From: Myxococcota bacterium
GTDB lineage: Bacteria; Myxococcota_A; UBA796; UBA2385
Assembly: GCA_023150805.1 (NCBI GenBank)
Contig: JAKLKF010000012.1
Coordinates: 17,564-81,563 of the forward strand
Length of the DNA: 64,000 bases
Direction: 5' to 3'
Positions 56,972 to 64,000 of the stretch are shown here, piece after piece. Below the pieces are notes generated by a model. That model worked only from the letters and a program-made list of their open reading frames with translations. It did no database searches and had not been told where the DNA came from. A program made the translations under genes and the position numbers. The first letter of the stretch is position 1. Every line of letters begins with the position of its first letter.

Positions 56972-57415
56972 ATGCACCCGCGTCCCCTCCTCCCCCGTCG
57001 CCGGTCCCTCTGGCACAGCCAGCGCGGCCTGACCCTCGTCGAGATCATGGTGGTCATCGCCATCCTCGGCACGCTCATGGCCATCGTCGGCGTGAACGTC
57101 GTCAACCGCATGCAGGAGGCCAACGTCGAGACGACCAAGCTGCAGATCAAGCAGATCGAGCAGAACCTGGCGATGTACGCGGCCAAGCACAAGGGCAAGT
57201 TCCCGACCACGTCCGAGGGCCTGGAGGCGGCGGCCAAGTACTTCCCCGACGGCACCGTGCCCACCGACGCCTGGGGCGGCTCCTTCCAGTACTACAGCCC
57301 CGGCACGCACGGGGACCACGACTACGAGATCATCAGCCTGGGCCGCGACGGCGCCGAGGGCGGCGAGGACTACGACGCCGACATCGAGAGCTGGTCGATC
57401 GGCAAGGAGGAGTAG
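56972..57415 (+). CDS. gspG: Major pseudopilin G
   Basis: G|LTLVEIMVVIAILG, FPTTSEGL, DAWG..Y, SLGRDGAEGGEDYDADI. Confidence 0.93.
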   Translation: MHPRPLLPRRRSLWHSQRGLTLVEIMVVIAILGTLMAIVGVNVVNRMQEANVETTKLQIKQIEQNLAMYAAKHKGKFPTTSEGLEAAAKYFPDGTVPTDAWGGSFQYYSPGTHGDHDYEIISLGRDGAEGGEDYDADIESWSIGKEE

Positions 57416-57418
57416 CTC

Positions 57419-58147
57419 GTGCTGCATCGCCGGCGCGGCATGACGCTGATCGAGATCGTGGTGGTGATCGCCATCATGGGGCTCATCGCGCTCGTGAGCG
57501 TGCCGGCGATCGGCGGCCTGATGGACCTGCAGCAGCGGGCCGGCGCCCGCGAGCTGGCCCAGACCTACACCTGGCTCATCGACGAGGCCGCCCTGCGCAA
57601 CGCGACCTTCCGCATCGCCTTCGACCTGGACCGCAACACCTGGAAGGTCGAGGTGGGCGATCCGAACACGGTGGTCTTCGGCACCCCCGAGGAGCGGGAG
57701 CAGTACGACGAGGAGCTGCAGGACAAGATGAAGCGCTTCACCAAGCGCGAGCTGGAGGAGGGCGCGGCCGCCGAGCTGGAGGACCAGACCGGCCGCTTCG
57801 AGGGCCTGACCGACCCCTCCTTCACCACCGAGCAGGCCCTGCCCTCGGGCACCCGCTTCGCGTGGGTCTGGACCCCCCAGTACGGGGAGGACGGGGTGCG
57901 CCCCGACCCCGAGTACGATCCCGAGGAGCAGGGCGAGGACGCCCAAGGCACCATCGCCTACAGCTACGTGTTCAGCGACGGCACGGCCGAGCACACCGTG
58001 ATCCGCATCGTCGACGAGGACGACGAGGAGGACGGCTACACCGTCCAGATCGAGCCGGTGACCGGCCGGGTGCACCTGCTGGCCGAGCTGGTCGACCCCG
58101 CCGAGTCCCTGTCCTGGGTGCCCGAGTCCGGGCCGAGCATCGAATGA
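57419..58147 (+). CDS. gspH: Minor pseudopilin H
   Basis: G|MTLIEIVVVIAIMG; position after gspG. Confidence 0.75.
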   Translation: MLHRRRGMTLIEIVVVIAIMGLIALVSVPAIGGLMDLQQRAGARELAQTYTWLIDEAALRNATFRIAFDLDRNTWKVEVGDPNTVVFGTPEEREQYDEELQDKMKRFTKRELEEGAAAELEDQTGRFEGLTDPSFTTEQALPSGTRFAWVWTPQYGEDGVRPDPEYDPEEQGEDAQGTIAYSYVFSDGTAEHTVIRIVDEDDEEDGYTVQIEPVTGRVHLLAELVDPAESLSWVPESGPSIE

Positions 58148-58806
58148 GCCGCCCCTCGCCCGCCCTCCGGTCCCTGCGGCGCGGCTTCACCCTGCTGGAG
58201 GTCGTCGTCGGCCTGGGGATCCTCTCCCTGGGCCTGATGGTGCTGGTCGACACCCAGGCCAGCAGCGTGCTGTCGACCGTCGAGGGCAACAAGATGCTCA
58301 TCGCCACCGAGCTGGCCGAGGAGAAGCTGGCCGAGGTGATGCTGCTGGTCGAGGTCGAGGGCTTCACCGAGGACGACAAGAGCGAGGAGGGCGACTTCGA
58401 GGAGTACGGCGAGGAGGACTGGCGCGGCGACGGGCTGGACCTGGAGATCGAGGGCCTGGAGGAGTTCCACTACGCCTGGACGGTCCGCAAGATCGAGCTG
58501 ACCCTGCCGACCGACCTGGCCAGCATGATGGGCGACCTGGAGGGCGTGGGCTTCCTGCCCGAGGAGAAGACGGGCGAGGACTTCGACGCCAGCATGGCGC
58601 CGGACCTGGGCGACTTCGGCATCAGCTCCGACATGATCGCCGACTACCTGGGCGACTACATCCGCGAGGTGCGCGTCGTCGTGTGGTGGGGCAGCGAGGA
58701 GCCCGACGTCGACGAGCCCGGGCAGCTCCCCGAGGACAGCATCGAGCTGCTGACCCACGTCATCAACCCGACGGGCAAGATCAACCCGCCGCTGGGGGGC
58801 TCGTGA
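58144..58806 (+). CDS. gspI: Minor pseudopilin I
   Basis: G|FTLLEVVVGLGIL; ATGA overlap; operon position. Confidence 0.75.
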   Translation: MSRPSPALRSLRRGFTLLEVVVGLGILSLGLMVLVDTQASSVLSTVEGNKMLIATELAEEKLAEVMLLVEVEGFTEDDKSEEGDFEEYGEEDWRGDGLDLEIEGLEEFHYAWTVRKIELTLPTDLASMMGDLEGVGFLPEEKTGEDFDASMAPDLGDFGISSDMIADYLGDYIREVRVVVWWGSEEPDVDEPGQLPEDSIELLTHVINPTGKINPPLGGS

Positions 58807-59516
58807 GGCACCCGCGGCGCGGCTTCACGCTGCTCGAGGTCGTCGTCGCCCTGGGCGTGATGGCGATCATCGGCCTGCTGTCCTTCCAGGCGCTGTCGGG
58901 CTCCCTGCGGGCGCGCGACTTCATGGAGGAGGAGGAGGGGTTCAGCCGCTCGGCGGGCACGGCGCTCGACCGCCTCTCCCGCCACCTGGAGCTGGCCTAC
59001 CTGACGACGAACACCACGGCGATCAACAGCTACCGCACCGTCTTCATCGTCAAGGACGGCGACGAGCGCGACGAGCTGTGGCTGGCCAGCCTGGGCCACC
59101 AGCGGCGCTTCCGCGACAGCCGGGAGGGCGACCAGGCCGAGGTGACCTTCTGGACCGAGGTGGACCCCGAGAACGACGACGCCTACGTCCTGATGATGCG
59201 CGAGAGCCAGCGCATCGACGAGAAGCCCGACGAGGACGGGCCGGTCATGCCCCTGGCGCACGGGGTGCAGCGCTTCGACCTGCGCCTGCTGGACGCCAAG
59301 ACCGGCGAGTGGACCGAGGAGTGGGACAGCACCGGCGCCGACCAGCCCAACCGCCTGCCGCGCGCGGTGCAGATCGTGCTGGTGCTGCTGGCGCCGGACC
59401 CCGACGACCCCGAGGCGCTGGCCCCGCGCACCTTCGTGCGCACCGTGCCCCTGGCCTTCTCCGAGACGCTCAACCGCGACGCGCAGGCCTTCGCCGCGCA
59501 GCCGGCGGCGGAATGA
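58803..59516 (+). CDS. gspJ: Minor pseudopilin J
   Basis: G|FTLLEVVVALGVM; WTEEWDS..LPRAVQI. Confidence 0.85.
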   Translation: MRHPRRGFTLLEVVVALGVMAIIGLLSFQALSGSLRARDFMEEEEGFSRSAGTALDRLSRHLELAYLTTNTTAINSYRTVFIVKDGDERDELWLASLGHQRRFRDSREGDQAEVTFWTEVDPENDDAYVLMMRESQRIDEKPDEDGPVMPLAHGVQRFDLRLLDAKTGEWTEEWDSTGADQPNRLPRAVQIVLVLLAPDPDDPEALAPRTFVRTVPLAFSETLNRDAQAFAAQPAAE

Positions 59517-60880
59517 GCGCGCCCCGCCATCCCCTGGCCCGCCTGTGGCGCGCGCTGACCCGGCCGCGCTCCTGGACGGATCTTCGCGGTCGGGGCGGCC
59601 TGCGCACGGGCGGGCGCGGCGGCCAGCGCTCGGGCGTGGCGCTGCTGGTCGTGATGACGACCGTGATGATCGTCACCGTCGTCGTCACCGACCTGGCCTA
59701 CTCGGCCCGGGTGCGCTTCCTGGTCGCCGCCCACCGCACCGAGCGCCGCCAGGCCTACTGGATGGCCCGCAGCGGCATCGAGATCTACCAGCTGCTCATC
59801 CTGGCCGACCGGGAGCTGGACGACACGGCCGGGGACATGATGGAGAGCGCCGGGCTCAGCGGGCTCAACATCGACGGCCTGCTGGACATGGTGCCCCAGC
59901 TCAACACGGGCCTGCTCACCATGCTGATGGCGACGGACGGCGGCAGCGACCTGCCCGACGAGGAGGAGGAGCTGACCGAGGACCAGCGGCTGGCCCTGCA
60001 AGGCGAGAAGGCCGTCAGCGACGAGCTCAAGGAGCAGGCCCTGGAGGAGGGCGGCGGCCTGTTCAGCGAGCGCTCCTGGCTGGACATGCCCGGCGACTTC
60101 TCGGCCGAGGTGCAGGAGGAGGACTGCCGGATCAACATCAACCTGCTGCGCAGCGCCTCCGCCACGACCAGCAGCAGCACCGGCACGCGCACCCTGTCCG
60201 GCGGCGGCGGCAGCAGCGGGACCAGCCTGGAGGAGTCGCCCACCTACCAGCTCATGCTCGGCCGCATGTCCGGCGAGGACAACGACCAGTGGCTGCGCGA
60301 CCGCAACCTGCTGGCCCGCGATCTCATCGCCAACCTGGCCGACTGGGTCGACGCCGACGGCACCCGCAGCGGCGGCCGCGGCGGCTACGAGGACAGCCTG
60401 TACCAGGTGATCGAGCCCCCCTACAAGGCCAAGAACGCCGCCTTCGACACCCAGGAGGAGATCCGCCTGGTCGAGGGCTGGACCGACGAGGTCTACGACC
60501 GCTTCGCCGACCAGTTCACGATCTACGGCTCGGGCAAGCTGAACATCTCCTGCGAGGACGACCAGATCGACTGGGCGATCCTCCACAGCAGCTTCGTCGA
60601 GAGCCCGCCGCTGAACGACGCGCGGGCCCAGGAGCTGATCGACCTCATCAACGAGCAGCGTCTGCTCGGCTTCATCAACACGCCCAAGGAGTACGTCGAC
60701 TTCCTGCGCCAGCTCGGGGTCGGCCCGAAGAACGAGCTGCAGGGGATGTTGACGGACAGCGCCAGCGTCTTCCGCATCACCAGCACCGGCCTGGTCGGCA
60801 ACAGCGCCGTGACCATCACCGAGGTGCTCCAGTACGACAGCCGCGGTCGCAGCACCTTGCTGTACCACCGCGTGGACTGA
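59513..60880 (+). CDS. gspK: Minor pseudopilin K
   Basis: G|VALLVV lacking E5, RININLL, LADWVDAD, KNAAFDTQEEIRLVEG, GKLNI. Confidence 0.88.
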   Translation: MSAPRHPLARLWRALTRPRSWTDLRGRGGLRTGGRGGQRSGVALLVVMTTVMIVTVVVTDLAYSARVRFLVAAHRTERRQAYWMARSGIEIYQLLILADRELDDTAGDMMESAGLSGLNIDGLLDMVPQLNTGLLTMLMATDGGSDLPDEEEELTEDQRLALQGEKAVSDELKEQALEEGGGLFSERSWLDMPGDFSAEVQEEDCRININLLRSASATTSSSTGTRTLSGGGGSSGTSLEESPTYQLMLGRMSGEDNDQWLRDRNLLARDLIANLADWVDADGTRSGGRGGYEDSLYQVIEPPYKAKNAAFDTQEEIRLVEGWTDEVYDRFADQFTIYGSGKLNISCEDDQIDWAILHSSFVESPPLNDARAQELIDLINEQRLLGFINTPKEYVDFLRQLGVGPKNELQGMLTDSASVFRITSTGLVGNSAVTITEVLQYDSRGRSTLLYHRVD

Positions 60881-60895
60881 AGGGACGAGACGACC

Positions 60896-62569
60896 ATGTC
60901 CAAGCTCATCGCCGTCGACCTCGGCAGCCACCGCGTCAAGCTCGCGGTCTACGAGGGCGGCTTCGGTCGCTACCAGCTCGAGCAGGTGCTCGGCGCCCGC
61001 GTCGACCAGGACGAGGTCGAGGCGCCCACGCCCGGCGCGCGCCTGGCCGCCCTGACCGAGCTGCTCCGGCAGCTCCCCAGCGGCGGCCGGCCCGCCTACG
61101 CCGCCGCCTGGCCGGCCGAGCAGGCCAGCCTGCGCCACGTGGTGCTGCCCTTCGGGGACAAGGCCCAGGTGGAGAAGGTGCTGCCCTTCGAGGTCGAGGG
61201 CATGGTGCCCTTCGACCTCGAGGACGTCGAGCTGCGCCACCGCCTGCTGCACCAGGAGGGGGGGGAGAGCCACGTCCTGGTCGCCATGGTGGAGCGCGAG
61301 CCCCTGGTCGGCTGGCTCTCGGCCCTGCACGCCACCGGCGCCGACCCGCGCACCGTCGACATCGACGCCGACGTGCTGGGGGAGCTGTCGCGGGAGGGCG
61401 CCCAGGCCGTGATCGACCTGGGCCACACCCGGACCCTGGTCAGCCTGTGCCAGGACGGGCAGGTCGTGGCCGCGCGCGCGCTCGACGGCGGCGGTCGCCA
61501 GCTCACCCTGGCCCTCGCCCAGGCGCTGGGCCTGACCTGGGCGGAGGCCGAGGACCGCAAGCACGTCGCGACGATCTCGCTGGGCGCGCCGGGCCCCTCC
61601 TCGCCCGTGCAGGTCGAGTGGGAGGGAGAGGAGACCACCTCGCCGGGGCAGGCCGCCGGCACGCCCCCTCGCCCGCTGGCCGCCGACGCCGACGGCGCCG
61701 TGCTGGGGCAGGCCCTGGTGCCCCTGCTGGCCGAGCTGCGCTCGACGCTCATCGGCTTCGAGGACGGCATGGGCGTGGAGATCGACGAGGTGCTGCTCGT
61801 CGGCGGCGGCAGCCACCTGGGCGGCTTGCGCGACCTGCTGGCGACCACCCTGGGCGTGCCGGTGCGCCTGGCCGACCCGGGCACGGGCCCCACCGCGCAG
61901 ACCGACCCGGGCTCGTGGGCGCTGGTGCACAGCATCGGCGCCCGTGCCTGCCGGGGCAAGCCGGCGGCGCTGGACCTGCGCCACGGCGCGCTGGCCTTCA
62001 AGGGCGACCTGTACGTGCTGCGCCAGGTCGGCATCTACGGCGGCGTCTTCGCTGCCTGCGCGCTGTTGGCCGGCACCGGCATGTTCGTGGTCCGCGCCGT
62101 CCAGCTCGAGCGGCAGCTCTCCGCGCTCGACGCCGAGATCGCCCAGGCGGTGGCCGACACCTTCCCCGGGGAGATCGACCCGGAGAAGGTGGACTCGGCC
62201 AGCAAGGCCCTGGCGATCATGACGGAGAAGAGCCTGGAGGTCACGACCCGGGTGGACACCCTGGGCAGCATCCTCACCGACGAGCCGCCGACCGTGACCC
62301 TGCTGCGAGACCTGAGCCAGGCCATGCCCGCGCACGGCGAGGCCCGCGTCGACGTCGACGAGCTGTCGATGAACAGCTCGACCATCACGCTGAAGGCCGA
62401 GACGGACGGCTACGAGGCGGCCGCCCGCATCGAGAGCAGCCTGCAGGCCAGCGAGCGCTTCAAGGGCGCCCGGAAGGGCGACGAGAAGAAGGCCCGCGGC
62501 GGCGGCATCAGCTTCACCGTCACCATCCCCCGCGAGGTCGAGGCCAGCTCGACCGGCGAGGAGGGCTGA
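60896..62569 (+). CDS. gspL: Type II secretion protein L (PilM/actin-like cytoplasmic domain, TM, periplasmic domain)
   Basis: AVDLGSHRVK, LPFEVE..PF, IDLGHTRT, LVGGGS; position between gspK and gspM. Confidence 0.8.
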   Translation: MSKLIAVDLGSHRVKLAVYEGGFGRYQLEQVLGARVDQDEVEAPTPGARLAALTELLRQLPSGGRPAYAAAWPAEQASLRHVVLPFGDKAQVEKVLPFEVEGMVPFDLEDVELRHRLLHQEGGESHVLVAMVEREPLVGWLSALHATGADPRTVDIDADVLGELSREGAQAVIDLGHTRTLVSLCQDGQVVAARALDGGGRQLTLALAQALGLTWAEAEDRKHVATISLGAPGPSSPVQVEWEGEETTSPGQAAGTPPRPLAADADGAVLGQALVPLLAELRSTLIGFEDGMGVEIDEVLLVGGGSHLGGLRDLLATTLGVPVRLADPGTGPTAQTDPGSWALVHSIGARACRGKPAALDLRHGALAFKGDLYVLRQVGIYGGVFAACALLAGTGMFVVRAVQLERQLSALDAEIAQAVADTFPGEIDPEKVDSASKALAIMTEKSLEVTTRVDTLGSILTDEPPTVTLLRDLSQAMPAHGEARVDVDELSMNSSTITLKAETDGYEAAARIESSLQASERFKGARKGDEKKARGGGISFTVTIPREVEASSTGEEG

Positions 62570-62572
62570 ACC

Positions 62573-63163
62573 ATGGCCGCACTCGACCGCCTGCAACCCC
62601 TGGCCGACCGGGCCCGCGACCAGCTCGCCGCGATGAGCCCACGCGACCGCAAGCTGCTGCTGGGCCTGGGCATCGGCGGCGCCCTGCTGGTCGTCTTCGG
62701 CGGCATCTTCCTGATGAAGGGCGCGCTGGACGCCCGCCAGGCCCAGGTCGCCGACCGCCAGGAGGCCCTGCGCCGCGTGCACCTGCTGGCGGGGGACTTC
62801 GCCGAGAGCAAGGCCCAGGCCGAGCAGATCGAGGCGAAGATCTCCGAGCACGCCGGCACGGACATGTCGGCCTACCTCGAGCAGGTCGCCAGCCGCACCA
62901 ACGTGGGCGACCGCCTGGACTCGGTCCGGCAGAAGGCGACGACCGAGGAGGGCACGCTGCAGGAGACGATCTACGCCGTGTCCCTGTCCAAGCTGGGCCA
63001 GTCGGAGCTGGCCACCTTCCTCTACGAGCTGGAGAGCACGGGCTACCCGCTCCAGGTCCGGACCATGACCGTGAAGTCCCGCCGGCGGGCCGAGGAGGTC
63101 ACGCTGAACGTCGACCTCGACATCGCCGCCTACAAGCTCGTCTCCCAGACGGAGGAGCCCTGA
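62573..63163 (+). CDS. gspM: Type II secretion protein M
   Basis: MSPRDRKLL plus TM, LATFLYELES. Confidence 0.8.
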   Translation: MAALDRLQPLADRARDQLAAMSPRDRKLLLGLGIGGALLVVFGGIFLMKGALDARQAQVADRQEALRRVHLLAGDFAESKAQAEQIEAKISEHAGTDMSAYLEQVASRTNVGDRLDSVRQKATTEEGTLQETIYAVSLSKLGQSELATFLYELESTGYPLQVRTMTVKSRRRAEEVTLNVDLDIAAYKLVSQTEEP

Positions 63164-64000
63164 TGCGCATCGTCGCCCTGCTCGGTGGCGGCCTGGCCAC
63201 CTTCGTCCTGGTCTTCTTCCTGGCCCTCTACCTGCACTTCCCCGGGCAGGCCGCCGCCGACCGGCTGTCCTGGCAGGTCCAGGAGGCCAGCGGGGGCAAG
63301 TGGCTCATCCAGGCCGCCGACGCGCGCATCTGGCGCGGGGCCGGCCTGGCCCTGGAGGACGTGGTCCTGTTCAAGCGGGAGGCCGGCCGCAAGCGCGCCG
63401 CCGAGGGCACCGAGTCCCCGGCCGTCCCCGTCCTGCGCGTCGACGACCTGGCGCTGCGCGCACGCCTGCTGCCCCTGCTGCGGGGCGAGCGGAGCGCGGC
63501 CTTCGCCGCCGAGCTGTACGGCGGCCACCTCGACGGCGTCGTCGGCCAGAGCGCGACGGAGCGCCGCCTGCGCCTGGACGGCGCCGACATCGACCTCGCC
63601 CGGATCCCCCTGGAGGGCGAGGACTGGTCCATCGACGCCACCGGCGCCCTGTCGGTGGTGGGCGACCTGGCGCTGGGGGTGGAGGAGATCAAGGAGAGCC
63701 AGGGCGAGCTGAAGATCGAGCTGACCGACCTGGTCTTCCAGCAGGCCACCGTGATGGGCATGACCCTGGAGCCGACGCCCTTCACCGAGGCGGTGCTGGC
63801 CTTCGAGGTCAAGGAGGGCAAGGCCGAGGTGACCCAGGGCCGCTTCACCAGCGAGCCGGTGGACATCACGGTCAAGGGAGAGGTCGTGCTGAACAAGGCG
63901 CTGGAGCGCAGCCGCCTGAAGCTGGAGCTGGAGGTGCGCTTCAGCGAGCAGTTCGACAAGCTGGCCCGGATGGCGCCCGACCTCAAGTCGGCCCGCGACG
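63163..64000 (+). CDS. gspN: Type II secretion protein N, partial (runs off window end)
   Basis: TGATG overlap; MRIVALLGGGLATFVLVFFLALYLHFP.. stays open to the window end; absent from the ORF track because no stop is reached. Confidence 0.75.
   Translation, partial: MRIVALLGGGLATFVLVFFLALYLHFPGQAAADRLSWQVQEASGGKWLIQAADARIWRGAGLALEDVVLFKREAGRKRAAEGTESPAVPVLRVDDLALRARLLPLLRGERSAAFAAELYGGHLDGVVGQSATERRLRLDGADIDLARIPLEGEDWSIDATGALSVVGDLALGVEEIKESQGELKIELTDLVFQQATVMGMTLEPTPFTEAVLAFEVKEGKAEVTQGRFTSEPVDITVKGEVVLNKALERSRLKLELEVRFSEQFDKLARMAPDLKSARD

Noticed and set aside
51307-62851. Long minus-strand ORFs (763, 1089, 1222 aa) opposite the gsp operon
   Set aside because: Antisense shadows caused by high GC3 codon bias; no recognisable motifs
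1-64000. tRNA, rRNA, integrase or transposase genes
   Set aside because: None recognised; no evidence that the hxs locus is on a mobile element

Overview
Very GC-rich bacterial chromosomal segment. A MYXO-CTERM-like tail, many Asp/Gly-rich lipoproteins and a delta-type gsp operon suggest Myxococcota or a relative (inference). Most long ORFs in the six-frame track are antisense shadows. Left part (1-27.8 kb): 3' end of uvrA, GT-C-type membrane proteins, an MshEN-repeat/CheX-like protein, tatD-tcdA, stand-alone rlmL, two tandem lipoprotein pairs, a heterodimeric ABC exporter, an M28 peptidase, hydrolases, a sulfatase-like surface protein and a disrupted TadG/vWA gene. Centre (28.3-44.7 kb), the highlight: a much expanded His-Xaa-Ser (Hxs) RiPP-like locus. 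It has a 110-aa precursor ending HCS-(HGS)14-HGQW, HxsB, two HxsD-like proteins and five further radical SAM genes (six in total). It also has a Tat-signal protein and two paralogous Ig-like-repeat lipoproteins, one translationally coupled into the operon; both end in G-x-W like the precursor. Right part (44.8-64 kb): AstE/AspA-family enzyme, RlmI/K-like methylase, degenerate PncB, class III cyclase and a type II secretion operon gspCDEFGHIJKLMN preceded by a sigma54-type promoter with palindromic upstream sites. All calls come from motif reading by eye; no searches were run.
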